The position numbers were made by a program, and so were the translations under genes. Under the pieces are notes generated by a model. That model saw only the letters and a list, made by a program, of their open reading frames with translations, did no database searches and was not told the DNA's origin. Of a stretch of 64,000 nucleotides of DNA, positions 1 to 9,847 are shown piece by piece. Source of the stretch: Phycisphaerales bacterium. Its GTDB lineage: Bacteria > Planctomycetota > Phycisphaerae > Phycisphaerales > UBA1924. The stretch is taken from contig JAIEUA010000016.1 in the NCBI GenBank assembly GCA_019744815.1, positions 11,502 through 75,501 on the forward strand, written 5' to 3'. Positions within the stretch are counted from its first letter, which is position 1. Every line of letters starts with the position of its first letter.

Positions 1-1
1 G

Positions 2-1456
2 GTGAATCTCGCGCGGGCCGCGCGGGTGGCGGAAGCGGAGCGGGCCTTTGCCAAGGCGTGTGAGTTGCAGCCGCGGAACGCCGCGGCGCTCGGGCAGTGG
101 GGGGCGATGCTGCTGACCCTGGATCGGACCGGCGAGGCGGCGAGCGTGCTTCAGCGGGCGACGCAGCTCGATCGCACGAACGCGGAGGCGTGGGGGAATC
201 TGTCGGCGGCGCTTCTGAGGGAGCGGGGGTTTGCGGCTGCGATCCAGGCGGGTGAGCAGGCCGCGCGGTGGAGCGAGCGGAGTGCGGCGTCGCTGTTGAC
301 GCTGGGAGCGGCGCTCTTGGGAGCTCGACGATTTGCCGCGGCGGAGCCCGTGTTCCGGGAGGTGATTGCCACGTCGGCGAGCGCGGACGCATGGAACGGG
401 CTGGGTGTCGCGCTCGAGCGGACAGGACGGGTGGAGGAGGCCTTGTCGGCGTATGCAAAGGCGGTGGAGTTGGACGGGGCGCACACGGTTGCGCGGGTGA
501 ATCACGCGGAGACGCTGCTGCTGACCGGGGACTTTGCTCGTGGTTGGCAAGGGTACGAATCGCGGTTTGCGTTCCTGCGGGACGCCGGAGTGATCGTCGA
601 GATGCCGCGGGCGAGGTGGTCGCGCGGGGCGCGGCGGGCAGATGGATCGCCGCCGCGGGTGCTCTTGATCATGGAGCAGGGCCTCGGCGATGCGATTCAG
701 TTTGTGCGGTACGCGGCGCTGGTTCGACGCGAGGCGGCCCGGGTGATCGTGCGGTCGCCGGAGGCGGTGCGGCGGCTTGTGGCTTCGGCGCCGGGGGTGG
801 ACGAGGTGATCGGCATGGGTGATTCGGCGCCCGAGCACGACTTTGCGATCCATGCCATGAGCCTGCCGCGGGAGTTTGGGACAACGGTCGAGACGGTGCC
901 CTGCGATGTTCCGTATCTGCGGCCGGACGCGGCGTTGTTTGAGGCGTGGGGGGAGCGGCTCAGCCGAACGGGAGTGCGTGGCGGTGGTGTGCGGGTGGCG
1001 TTGGCATGGGCTGGTTCGCCGGGGCACAGCCACGATGCGAGCCGATCGATGGCGTTGTCGGCGTTGATGCCGCTGGCGGCGGTGAGCGGCGTGGAGTGGT
1101 TCAGCGTTCAGAAGGGCCCGGGGGCGGAGCAGTTGGCGGGCGCGGCGACGGCGGGATGGCGGATCATGGATCTGGGTGCGTCGCTGAATGACATGTCGGA
1201 GACCGCGGCGGTGCTGGCGCAGATGGACCTGGTGATCACCGTGGACACCTCGGTGGCTCACCTTGCGGGCGCGATCGGGGCGCGCACGTGGACACTTTTG
1301 GCTCATCCGCCCGAGTGGCGCTGGATGCTGGAGCGGCGGGACACGCCGTGGTACCCGACGATGACGCTGTTCCGTCAGCGTGAGGTGGACCAGTGGGGGC
1401 CGGTGGTGGCGCGGGTGCGGCATCGCCTGGAGCGGCTGGTGCGCTCGAAGGTGTGA
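2..1456 (+). CDS. TPR-repeat protein with C-terminal glycosyltransferase family 9 (heptosyltransferase-like) domain; true 5' end probably outside the window
   Basis: The N-terminal half has repeated A/L-rich TPR-like units (AEAWGNLSAAL, ADAWNGLGVAL). The C-terminal half has LLIMEQGLGDAIQFVRYA and DTSVAHLAGA, typical of GT9-like domains. The ORF opens at the window edge. Confidence 0.7.
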   Translation: MNLARAARVAEAERAFAKACELQPRNAAALGQWGAMLLTLDRTGEAASVLQRATQLDRTNAEAWGNLSAALLRERGFAAAIQAGEQAARWSERSAASLLTLGAALLGARRFAAAEPVFREVIATSASADAWNGLGVALERTGRVEEALSAYAKAVELDGAHTVARVNHAETLLLTGDFARGWQGYESRFAFLRDAGVIVEMPRARWSRGARRADGSPPRVLLIMEQGLGDAIQFVRYAALVRREAARVIVRSPEAVRRLVASAPGVDEVIGMGDSAPEHDFAIHAMSLPREFGTTVETVPCDVPYLRPDAALFEAWGERLSRTGVRGGGVRVALAWAGSPGHSHDASRSMALSALMPLAAVSGVEWFSVQKGPGAEQLAGAATAGWRIMDLGASLNDMSETAAVLAQMDLVITVDTSVAHLAGAIGARTWTLLAHPPEWRWMLERRDTPWYPTMTLFRQREVDQWGPVVARVRHRLERLVRSKV

Positions 1457-1524
1457 CCACGTTGTGGGAGAACTGGCCTTGGGCGTTCGCGGAGGTCCGC
1501 GGAGCTCACGAAAGGCCTGTCAAA

Positions 1525-1598
1525 CACGGGCGGCAGGAGTCGAACCTGCAACCTCCTGATCCGTAGTCAGGTGCTCTATCCAATTGAGCTACGCCCGC
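1525..1598 (-). tRNA. tRNA-Arg (anticodon ACG)
   Basis: Manual cloverleaf on the minus strand: acceptor GCGGGCG/CGCCCGT, D arm GCTC..GAGC, anticodon arm CCTGA-CTACGGA-TCAGG, T arm GCAGG-TTCGACT-CCTGC. Confidence 0.9.
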
Positions 1599-1960
1599 AC
1601 ACGCCGCTTTCGCGGCAGGGGAGAAGGATAGCGGGGTTGTGGACGTTGGCAAGTGGTCGGGGCGGGTTCGGAGGCGGCAGGGGGCTTTTCGAGTTGGACC
1701 GGTAGGACGTTTCGCCGTCTATCGGCAGCGAGGGAAAGGAAGGCACACCCTACCCCGGCCTCGCGGAGGCTCGGCCACCCTTCCCCGCGGCGCGGAGAGG
1801 GGAGTGGTGTTGCGGGCGACAGGCTTGATTTCTGTTCGGTTGGGGTCAATCATTTCGACCCGGTGCGGCTGATGGCCGCGGCGGGTATTGAATCGTTTCG
1901 CAAGCAAACGCGACCGGGCGATGTGCTCGTGCCGCTGTCAGGAAGTTTGAAGGAAAGACC

Positions 1961-2233
1961 ATGGCTCACTCGTTGTCCGCTCAGAAGCGCGTCCGTCAGA
2001 ATGAAGCCGCTCGCGCCCGCAACCGCTGGCGTCTGCGCACCATGCGTGACGCGATCAAGGACTTCGGTGACAAGATCGTCCACGGCAGCGCGGCCGATGC
2101 GGCGGCGGCCCTGAAGAAGGCGACGCAGATCATCGACAAGACCGCGGCCAAGGGCGTGATCCACAAGAATCAGGCCAGCCGTCGCAAGAGCCGCCTGGTC
2201 GCGAAGCTGAAGGCCAAGCAGGCTTCGAAGTAA
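1961..2233 (+). CDS. rpsT: 30S ribosomal protein S20
   Basis: 90 aa, MAHSLSAQKRVRQNEAARARNR..., basic and Ala/Lys-rich, typical S20 N-terminus. AAGGAAAG precedes the ATG and a terminator follows. Confidence 0.9.
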   Translation: MAHSLSAQKRVRQNEAARARNRWRLRTMRDAIKDFGDKIVHGSAADAAAALKKATQIIDKTAAKGVIHKNQASRRKSRLVAKLKAKQASK

Positions 2234-2258
2234 TCCGGCCCGAAGGACCGATGCAACA

Positions 2259-2285
2259 ACGCCGCCGGAGTGGGCGGCGTTTTTC
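2259..2285 (+). terminator. Rho-independent terminator after rpsT
   Basis: Stem ACGCCGCC / GGCGGCGT with a 6-nt loop, followed by TTTT (2281-2284). Confidence 0.65.
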
Positions 2286-2467
2286 ATTGGGGGTCTCTTC
2301 AGAGTTCTCACGGTGCTTCGACGGTGCGTGTGTCGGGGCGAGAGTGGTAGCGGGGGAGTCGGAGACTCGTGCGACGCGAACGGTGCGAAAAACGGTTAGG
2401 CTTCTGCGCCACGGCCAAGGTACGACAGATCCATCGCGGCGTGCAGACAGCGGACGAGTGACACACG

Positions 2468-3271
2468 ATGCCACGGACGGCGACGATCGAGATGCACCCG
2501 GAGAGGCAGAGCTACTGGCGGCTCTCGGTGACGCCTTTGCACACGCTGGTCTTCTTGATCCCGCTGATTCTCCTGTACGAGATCGGCTCGGTGCTGTATC
2601 TGCAGAACGCGACCTCGGGGACGATGCGAACCGTCGGCGCCCGGGCGATCATGACGCGGTTCTTCGAGGCGTTCGGGGCTCCGGGGCTGCATCTGCCGGC
2701 GATCACGCTGGTGGTGGTGTTGTTCACCTGGCACGTCTTTACACGCGAGAAGTGGCGGATCTATCCGGGAGTGATCATCGGGATGGCGATGGAGGCGGCG
2801 GCGTTGGTGCTGCCGCTGTTGGTGCTGGGGCTGATCGTGGATCGGCGTCTGGGGCCGGCGCCGGCCGCGGGGCTGATCGAGATGGCGAACGTCACGACGA
2901 CCGCGGACCTGCGGGCGTTGCCCTGGCAGGAAAGGCTGACGCTCTCGATCGGGGCGGGCTTGTACGAGGAGCTGGTGTTCCGGCTGGTGCTGATCACGGC
3001 GGTGCACGCGCTCCTGGCGGACGTCTTCCGGGTGAATAAGGGGACGGCGGCGGTGGTCGCGTGCGTGATCTCGGCGGTGTCGTTTGCGCTCTACCACGAC
3101 GTGTCGATCTCGGGGGTGCGGGGCACGGCGGACATGAAGGTGCTCGTGTTCCTGACGGTGGCGGGGCTGTACTTTGGCGTGCTCTTTCTGATCCGGGGCT
3201 TTGGCATCGTGGTCGGGGTGCACGCCTTGTACGACATCGTGGTGCTGGTGGGGATCGCGTCCAAGAGCTAG
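2468..3271 (+). CDS. CPBP family intramembrane protease (CAAX/Abi-like)
   Basis: Polytopic hydrophobic protein with the EELVFR motif (GLYEELVFRLVLI) and downstream FALYH and HALYD motifs, characteristic of CPBP proteases. Confidence 0.75.
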   Translation: MPRTATIEMHPERQSYWRLSVTPLHTLVFLIPLILLYEIGSVLYLQNATSGTMRTVGARAIMTRFFEAFGAPGLHLPAITLVVVLFTWHVFTREKWRIYPGVIIGMAMEAAALVLPLLVLGLIVDRRLGPAPAAGLIEMANVTTTADLRALPWQERLTLSIGAGLYEELVFRLVLITAVHALLADVFRVNKGTAAVVACVISAVSFALYHDVSISGVRGTADMKVLVFLTVAGLYFGVLFLIRGFGIVVGVHALYDIVVLVGIASKS

Positions 3272-3420
3272 ACAACGCACCGAAAGACGGGGCCCGAGCG
3301 GCAGGCCCGCGCCCGGCGGGCGGGCTTGATGTTGACGTTGGCGAGTGGGGCGGTCTTGCCGTTGGGGCGGATGCGACCTATCCTCGACGGTCCTGGCACG
3401 CGAGCGATTTCGCAGCCCTT

Positions 3421-3495
3421 GGCCCCATCGTCTAGCCTGGTCCAGGACGTCAGGTTCTCATCCTGAAAACTGGGGTTCGAATCCCCATGGGGTCA
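3421..3495 (+). tRNA. tRNA-Glu (anticodon CUC)
   Basis: Acceptor GGCCCCA/TGGGGTC, anticodon arm TCAGG-TTCTCAT-CCTGA, T arm TGGGG-TTCGAAT-CCCCA. Confidence 0.9.
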
Positions 3496-3599
3496 TTCCA
3501 GCTCCCCGCGAGTCATCGCGGGGTTGCTCGCTTTTGGGGGAAGCGGGGGGATGACGGGATCTTTTGGAGTCGCGGGGGCCGAGTCGCGGAGGAATGGGT

Positions 3600-4088
3600 A
3601 TGAACCGTGCAATGGGGTTGCTGATGGTGGTGGTGGCTTTCGTCGCGTGGCGACTGCCGGCGCCCAGCGGGGGGAATTCGGGGCCGGGGGCGATTCCGTC
3701 TGATGCCGAGTGTGCGGAATGCGGGATGTCGATCGTGGACGCGCGGTACGCGGCGGCCGCGGCGATTGAGAGCGAGGATGGGATCAAGATTCTGTTCTTC
3801 GATGACGCGGGCTGTCTGTTCGATCACGAGCGGGCGAAGCCGGGCTTGTTGGTCGTTCGCCGCTGGTTTGCGGTGGACGCGGGCGGTGCGTGGCGAGACG
3901 GCGAGCGGGTCGCGTTTCGGATCTCGGCGTCGATCGCGACGCCGATGGGGACGGGGTTGCAGGCGTTTGATCCGCAGACCTCGGAGGCACGCGCGATCGT
4001 TCTGTCGGGAGAGCGATTGGTGACGACGCGAGACGCGGCGGCGTATCGACAGCGGTGGATGGAATCGCGATTCGGGAAGCCGCGGTGA
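3600..4088 (+). CDS. NosL-family (copper chaperone-like) protein
   Basis: CAECGMSIVDARYAAA...FFDDAGCLF matches the CxxCGM ... GC pattern of the NosL family, after an N-terminal hydrophobic segment. Start chosen at the ATG 7 nt after GGAGG (3588-3592); the ORF track starts at 3564. Confidence 0.65.
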   Translation: MNRAMGLLMVVVAFVAWRLPAPSGGNSGPGAIPSDAECAECGMSIVDARYAAAAAIESEDGIKILFFDDAGCLFDHERAKPGLLVVRRWFAVDAGGAWRDGERVAFRISASIATPMGTGLQAFDPQTSEARAIVLSGERLVTTRDAAAYRQRWMESRFGKPR

Positions 4089-4186
4089 ACGGCGCGGCGG
4101 CGAGGCCTCGAAAGCACGATGAATCCTCGCAGATGGGCTTTGGTGTGCACGCCGTCGTCTGAACCCACCCACTATCTAGAACGTCC

Positions 4187-4208
4187 TATAATAAATGTTA
4201 TGTAAAAT
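4187..4208 (+). promoter_or_regulatory. Candidate -10 elements inside an A/T-only patch
   Basis: TATAAT at 4187-4192 and TAAAAT at 4203-4208 lie within a roughly 45-nt A/T-rich stretch in GC-rich DNA, about 210 nt upstream of the metalloprotease ATG. No experimental support. Confidence 0.3.
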
Positions 4209-4418
4209 ACAAGTACCCGGCCAGAGCGTGCCGGGGTACGCCCGTTGAATCTCGGACGCACCGGGCGTGGCGTGGTTGCTTGTGCAGGCTTCCGAGCGGC
4301 AATTCCTGACCCATGGCAAGATTTCCCCCGAGAAGAAACATGCACTCAGGTATCGTCTGATTGAGAGCGGGCGCGGGTCGGCTTGTTCCCTGGAGCTTGT
4401 CCCCTGGAGCTTGTGTTC

Positions 4419-6872
4419 ATGCGTATCTCGGTTCGCCCAGGCGTCTGCGTTGCTTCCTTGCTGCTGGCTTCGGGCCTCTGTGCCGCGCACTGCTCGGTGG
4501 CGGGCGCTGCGCCCCCGCCGCCGTTCGTGGTGGAGTCGTTTCAGATTCTGACGGGCGCGGCGACGCCGAACGGGGCTCTCCAAAGCAAAGTGAACGACGC
4601 CGGTCAGTTCATTCATCTGCTGAATCTCGATGGGGGGGGCCAGGCGTACCGAACCGGATCAGGGACGCTCGGCCCTGCGATCGTGGGCGACATCTTTTCG
4701 TTCGCGATCACCCGGTCGGGGCAGGTCTTTGGCAATCGATTCAGCACGAACTCCGCGATAGGGGCCCCGAGCGTCGGTATTACGACGTTCGTCGGCTCAT
4801 CGGTGAGCAGTCTGGATTTCGGGCGGCGGCATTTCAGTGCGTCGGACACGTTCGGCAACACGGTGTACGCCGCCACCCCGAACATTCCGGGCACCGGGAT
4901 GGCCATCGACATTGGGTTTCCGAACGGAGAGAAGCGGCGTTTTCTCGAAGACCCTCGCGTTCGCCCAACCCTGATCGCCGATCGCGACGACCGTGGCAGG
5001 ACCTATTTCGATCTCGTGCAAGTGAACTTTGATGATCCGCCGCCGACCGAGCTGCTGATCGTCAGCACTCCGTCGTTCAGCGAGTTCCGGACGTCGTACC
5101 TTGATCTGTCCCCCATCGGGCCCGCGGGCATCAAGGATGCGGCCCCCAACGGCAACCTCGCCTTCGGTTCCTTGAGCGGCCCCGGCGGGACCTCGCGTGG
5201 CCATGCGTACATACAGGGAGCGTGGTTCACGATGAGCCCCACCACCGGGCTGCCCGCGTGCGACGCCCTCGGCATCACCTCGGCCGGCGTGGTGGTTGGG
5301 AATGACTTCAATAGCGCGACCGGGGCCGCCATTCCCTGGCTCTGGTTCCGGGGTACAACCATCCGCCTCGACACACTGCTCGGCTCCGAACTTCCCGCGG
5401 GCGTCACGCTTCTCACCGCCACGGGCGTGAGCGACACGGGCTGGATCGTCGGCGAGCTGCTCCAGTCCGGGGCGCGGCGCACGTATCGGCTCAAGATCAA
5501 CATCGACTCCGACGCCGACGGCCTCCCCGACATCTGGGAGATGCCCGTCGAGCAGGGGGGTGGCGTCTACGTCGATGCCGACGACATCGTCGACATCGAT
5601 CTGCACGCCATGGGAGCCACGCCGGATCACAAGGACCTCTTCGTTGAGATCGATTCCTCTCCCAACGCGATGATGTCCGCCGCGGCCGCCGATCTCGTCA
5701 CGAAGGCGTTCGCCAAGGCCCCCATCGACAACATCGACGGCGTCCGCGGTATCCGGCTGCACATCATCCGCGACGAGGCGATTTCCAGCGGACTGATGCC
5801 CGCGAAAGGACTCGCAGCGGCTGCCGGGACTGGTGCGGGTTTCCCGGTCGAGTCCGCGAGCGTGACCGAGGCTCACTTTGGCACGCCCCAGATGCGATCC
5901 AAGGCCAACTGGGCGTTGGTCCGTCCGGCGTGGGAGCAGATCGCCCGCTACTGCCTCGCGTTTCAGGACATCGTTCGATCCGACGATTTCAGCGTGAAGC
6001 CCTACGTCGGACTTGCGGAGCTTGGCGGCGATCAGTTCGTTTACTCGTTGAAGGGTGCCGAAGCGCTGACCGGAAGCTCGCTGACCGAGAAGGTCGCCGC
6101 GGCCTTCATGCACGAGCTCGGACACACGCTCGGGCTTGATCACGGCGGGCAGGACCCGATCAACTACAAGCCCAACTACCTGAGCATCATGAACTATCTG
6201 CTGGTGACGCCTCGTCCGTTCTCGAAGTACTTCTATCGCCTCGATTTCGGGCGTGCCCAGGGACGGTCGCAGAGCGAGGAATCGCCAAACGAAATCAACG
6301 GATTCGCGCCCGATCCCAACGATCCGGATGCGTCCGTGTACGCGCGGTACCGGATGCCGTACATCGACGATGCGGGAAAGATCAAGTTCGCCAAACGGGG
6401 CATGGCCCCGATTGACTTGAACGGCGACGGGAACATCGGGTTCTTTCTGCCGCCGCGGGAACTGAACGCGTTCCCGAACTCGGCGGCGTTTCCGAAGGGC
6501 CTCAACTCGCCTTCGTTGCCGCTGTTCGCCGAGCCGATGTCGGTGTGGGACGATTGGGCGAACATCCGGCTTCGCATCGATCGCAACGGGGTGTTTTCCG
6601 CGCTCTTGATCCCGGACCACACGGGCTACGACCCGGATTCCCCGAACGCGATCGACGGCTTCCCGGAAGGGTGCGGAGCGGACTTCAACGACGACGACGT
6701 CGTTGACGACTCGGACTTCCAGGTCTTTGTCGTGGCGTACGACCTCCTTGACTGTGCCGACCCCGCGATGCCCGCGGCCTGCCCGACCGACCTGAATGCC
6801 GATGAGTTCGTGGACGACGCGGACTTTCAGTTGTTCGTGGTGGCGTACGACACGCTTCTATGCCCGTCCTAA
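4419..6872 (+). CDS. Secreted zinc metalloprotease (metzincin-type HExxHxxGxxH) with two C-terminal Asp-rich dockerin/EF-hand-like repeats
   Basis: Signal-like N-terminus MRISVRPGVCVASLLLASGLCAA. Motif HELGHTLGLDHGG. C-terminal pair CGADFNDDDVVDDSDFQVFVVAYDLLDC and CPTDLNADEFVDDADFQLFVVAYDTLLC. GGAG lies 8 nt before the ATG at 4419. Confidence 0.75.
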   Translation: MRISVRPGVCVASLLLASGLCAAHCSVAGAAPPPPFVVESFQILTGAATPNGALQSKVNDAGQFIHLLNLDGGGQAYRTGSGTLGPAIVGDIFSFAITRSGQVFGNRFSTNSAIGAPSVGITTFVGSSVSSLDFGRRHFSASDTFGNTVYAATPNIPGTGMAIDIGFPNGEKRRFLEDPRVRPTLIADRDDRGRTYFDLVQVNFDDPPPTELLIVSTPSFSEFRTSYLDLSPIGPAGIKDAAPNGNLAFGSLSGPGGTSRGHAYIQGAWFTMSPTTGLPACDALGITSAGVVVGNDFNSATGAAIPWLWFRGTTIRLDTLLGSELPAGVTLLTATGVSDTGWIVGELLQSGARRTYRLKINIDSDADGLPDIWEMPVEQGGGVYVDADDIVDIDLHAMGATPDHKDLFVEIDSSPNAMMSAAAADLVTKAFAKAPIDNIDGVRGIRLHIIRDEAISSGLMPAKGLAAAAGTGAGFPVESASVTEAHFGTPQMRSKANWALVRPAWEQIARYCLAFQDIVRSDDFSVKPYVGLAELGGDQFVYSLKGAEALTGSSLTEKVAAAFMHELGHTLGLDHGGQDPINYKPNYLSIMNYLLVTPRPFSKYFYRLDFGRAQGRSQSEESPNEINGFAPDPNDPDASVYARYRMPYIDDAGKIKFAKRGMAPIDLNGDGNIGFFLPPRELNAFPNSAAFPKGLNSPSLPLFAEPMSVWDDWANIRLRIDRNGVFSALLIPDHTGYDPDSPNAIDGFPEGCGADFNDDDVVDDSDFQVFVVAYDLLDCADPAMPAACPTDLNADEFVDDADFQLFVVAYDTLLCPS

Positions 6873-7840
6873 ACGAAGCGGCTGCGCCTCAGGTCAGTTG
6901 GCCGTTGCCCAAACTCCTTCAGGAACGCGTTGGAGAGGTGAGCCTCGCTGCAGAAGCCGTGCTCGAGCGCGATGTCGAGCATTCGGCGTCGGCTGTCGAG
7001 GATGGATTCCATCGCGGCCCGGAGGCGGAGGCGTTCGAGGTAGCGGTGGATGGGCATGCCGGTGTGGCGCTTGAACACACGGCAGAGGTGGAAGGGCGAG
7101 ACGAAGACGGATCGGGCCAGATCGGAGAGCGAGTGCTTCTCGGCCGGCGCGATCGCGAGTCGGCGGCGCACCTCGTCGACGGCTTCGCGTTGGAAGGCCG
7201 CTTGGGCGGGGGAGGGGCGGCGACGACGTGGGGGCAACTGAGCAGACGCGGAGGCGTGGACCATCGAACCGATCACCGCGAGGAGGGTTTCCTCAATCTC
7301 AAACGCCTCGATGCGGGTGCGAGCAGCAGGGTTCTGGAGCATGGAGTCGGATCGGGCACAACCCCCCCGCTGCTCAGCGTGATCACGAGCCTTGGGAGTG
7401 AGCTTGGCGGCCAGATTCGAGACTGCGAGTAGGGGTGCTGTGGGGATCGGGCCGCTGCGCCAGGGGAAGCGTGCGTCCGGGTCGATGGGGTTGCCGGTCG
7501 CGGCCGAGAGCATGTCGGCGAGCGCGGTCGGGTGGACGTCGAGCCAGAGGTTGGAGACGCCCGAGGAGGTGAGAGCCTGACGACGCATGACCGACCCGAC
7601 CGACGTGAAGACCGCGGTGTTGCGATCGCCTTGAACGGGAGGCTCGCGGTCGAAAGAGATCGAATAGGGCAGGCGCGGGATGGTCAGTGTGGGCCAGACG
7701 TACGCGACGCGATCGCGGTTGAGCTCGGGGTGACCCGGGGTCATGCGGATCGTTCCGATGCCCACCAGAGACGACTCAAACAGCGGCCTGGCGGGGTCCC
7801 AGGGCACCGCGTCGGGCCTGATGGCGCATGCGGAAGGCAT
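6869..7840 (-). CDS. AraC family transcriptional regulator
   Basis: C-terminal dual HTH region: LSDLARSVFVSPFHLCRVFKRHTGMPIHRYLERLRL...IALEHGFCSEAHLSNAFLKEFGQRPTDLRR. Confidence 0.8.
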   Translation of the reverse strand: MPSACAIRPDAVPWDPARPLFESSLVGIGTIRMTPGHPELNRDRVAYVWPTLTIPRLPYSISFDREPPVQGDRNTAVFTSVGSVMRRQALTSSGVSNLWLDVHPTALADMLSAATGNPIDPDARFPWRSGPIPTAPLLAVSNLAAKLTPKARDHAEQRGGCARSDSMLQNPAARTRIEAFEIEETLLAVIGSMVHASASAQLPPRRRRPSPAQAAFQREAVDEVRRRLAIAPAEKHSLSDLARSVFVSPFHLCRVFKRHTGMPIHRYLERLRLRAAMESILDSRRRMLDIALEHGFCSEAHLSNAFLKEFGQRPTDLRRSRFV

Positions 7841-7995
7841 AACGCTTCATCCGACCGATCCGCGGGTCCGGTTCGGGTGAAGTGGGCACAATCTCGAAAG
7901 TGCTGCGGAGCTGAGCTCCCCCACTGCTGCTCGACCACGATTCGATGCGGCGCGAGCGTTGCGTTCGGCGTCTCGTTCTCGGGCTTGGGGATCGC

Positions 7996-8904
7996 TCAGC
8001 CGAAGCGACCGGTGACGTAGTCCTCGGTCTCGCGGAGCTGCGGGATCTGGAAGAGGTCGGCGGTGCGGCCGTACTCGACGAGGCGTCCCAGGTACATGAA
8101 GGCGGTGTAGTCGCTGACGCGGGCGGCCTGCTGCATGTTGTGGGTGACGATCAGAACGGTGTAGCGCTCGCTGATCTCGTGGATGAGCTCTTCGATGCGG
8201 AGCGTGGCGATGGGGTCGAGTGCAGAGCAGGGCTCGTCGAGGAGGAGGACCTCGGGCTCGGAGACGATGGCGCGGGCGATGCAGAGGCGTTGCTGCTGGC
8301 CGCCGGAGAGGCCCATGGCGGAGGACTTGAGGCGGTCTTTCACTTCGTCCCAGAGGGCGGCCTGGCGCAGGGCTTTCTCGCATGCGGCGGAGAGCACGGA
8401 CTTGTTGCGTTCGCCGCTGATGCGGAGGGAGTAGACCACGTTCTCGAAGATGGACATCGGGAACGGGTTGGGCTTCTGGAAGACCATGCCGAGACGGCGG
8501 CGCAGGCCGATGACGTCGACGCCCTTGGCGTAGACGGACTCGCCGTTGAGCTCGATGGCGCCGGCGATGTGGACACCCTCGATGAGGTCGTTGAGGCGGT
8601 TGACGCTGCGGAGGAGCGTGGACTTGCCGCAGCCGCTGGGGCCGATGAGGGCGGTGACCTTGTCCTTGGCGATGGGCATGGAGATGCCGTGGAGGGCTTT
8701 GGACGGTCCGTACCAGAGCTGGAAATCGCGGACGTGAAGAATCGGGGTCTCGTCGATGACCGAGGCGTGCACACGCGGCTCAGGGGTTTCGCCGCGTTTG
8801 ATGGCGTCGATGATGGGGTAGGTGACGGCTGACGCGCCACGGGCCGCGGGGGCGGGAGCGCGGAGAGCGATGTCGGGGCGAAGCTGGGTCATCGTCGCTG
8901 TCAT
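7996..8904 (-). CDS. pstB: Phosphate ABC transporter ATP-binding protein
   Basis: Walker [10 protein letters not shown], signature [14 protein letters not shown], Walker [13 protein letters not shown]-terminal YVTGRFG. Start placed at the ATG 8 nt after GGAG; the ORF track begins at 8931. Confidence 0.9.
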   Translation of the reverse strand: MTATMTQLRPDIALRAPAPAARGASAVTYPIIDAIKRGETPEPRVHASVIDETPILHVRDFQLWYGPSKALHGISMPIAKDKVTALIGPSGCGKSTLLRSVNRLNDLIEGVHIAGAIELNGESVYAKGVDVIGLRRRLGMVFQKPNPFPMSIFENVVYSLRISGERNKSVLSAACEKALRQAALWDEVKDRLKSSAMGLSGGQQQRLCIARAIVSEPEVLLLDEPCSALDPIATLRIEELIHEISERYTVLIVTHNMQQAARVSDYTAFMYLGRLVEYGRTADLFQIPQLRETEDYVTGRFG

Positions 8905-8947
8905 CGTTCGCACTCCGGGAGGCGTGAGCACGGTTGCGGGTGTGAAA

Positions 8948-9832
8948 TCAGGCCTTGCCCAGTCTGGTGGAGGCGTGTCGAGTCGCCACCAAGCGGATGG
9001 CGATGTTCACGAGAAAGAGCATCGCGAGCAGCACGAGGATGCCGGCCCAGGCGAGCTTTTTCTGCTCGGGGTACGGGCCGGTCGCGTAGGTGTAGATCTG
9101 GAGGGTGAGGGACGGAAAGGGCTCGCTGGGGTTGCGGGTGAGAAGGCGGCTGCCCAGCGCGGTGAAGAGGAGCGGCGCGGTCTCGCCGGCCACGCGGGCG
9201 AGGGCGAGCACGACGCCGGTGGAGATGCTGCCGAAGGCGGTTGGGAGGACGACCCGGAGGACGGTCTGGGCCTTGCTGGCGCCGAGCGCGAGGGATCCCT
9301 CGCGATAGGACTTGGGGACGAGCCGCAGCATCTCTTCGGTGGTGCGTGCGACGATGGGGATCATGATGAACGCGAGCGCGGCGGCACCGGCGTAGCCGCT
9401 GAAGGAGACGGAGTTGCTGGTCATCTTGGCGACGGGCACGACGACGAGCTCGTATCCCAGAATGCCGACGACGATGCTGGGGACGCCGGTGAGCACATCG
9501 GCGATGAAGCGGAGCGGGCCCGCGAAGAGCCACTCGTGCTGGTACTCGGAGAGGTAGACGCCGGCGCTGACGCCCAGGGGAATCCCCACCACCGACGCGA
9601 GGCCGAGCAGGATGATGGTGCCCTCGATGGCGTGGCGCATGCCGCCCGGGTCGTTGAGATCGCCGGTGGGGATCTGAGTGAAGAACGCGGCGTTGATGGA
9701 GCCGGCGCCGATCCAGACGAGGTATCCGGAGACCGCGAGCAGGAGCGCGACGATGACTCCGGCGCAGGCGGCGCAGAGCGCGAACATCGCGTTGCTGAAG
9801 ATCCGTCGGCGTTCGGTGCGTGCCCTGATCAT
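8948..9832 (-). CDS. pstA: Phosphate ABC transporter permease PstA
   Basis: Polytopic permease with the EAA-like loop ([21 protein letters not shown]) in the pstC-pstA-pstB order. Confidence 0.9.
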   Translation of the reverse strand: MIRARTERRRIFSNAMFALCAACAGVIVALLLAVSGYLVWIGAGSINAAFFTQIPTGDLNDPGGMRHAIEGTIILLGLASVVGIPLGVSAGVYLSEYQHEWLFAGPLRFIADVLTGVPSIVVGILGYELVVVPVAKMTSNSVSFSGYAGAAALAFIMIPIVARTTEEMLRLVPKSYREGSLALGASKAQTVLRVVLPTAFGSISTGVVLALARVAGETAPLLFTALGSRLLTRNPSEPFPSLTLQIYTYATGPYPEQKKLAWAGILVLLAMLFLVNIAIRLVATRHASTRLGKA

Positions 9833-9847
9833 GGGTGAGTGCTGGGG

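Noticed and set aside
1622-1632. The shared 11-mer GGATAGCGGGG (also at 49380-49390) as standalone evidence of a repeat family
   Set aside because: Exact 11-mers recur by chance hundreds of times in 64 kb of biased-composition DNA. It is mentioned only because a second collinear match lies nearby, and it still needs a statistical test.
4797-6620. 607-aa minus-strand ORF covering most of the metalloprotease gene
   Set aside because: It is antisense to an ORF with a clear HExxHxxGxxH site and signal peptide. Its translation is R/G/P/A-rich low complexity, typical of high-GC shadow frames.
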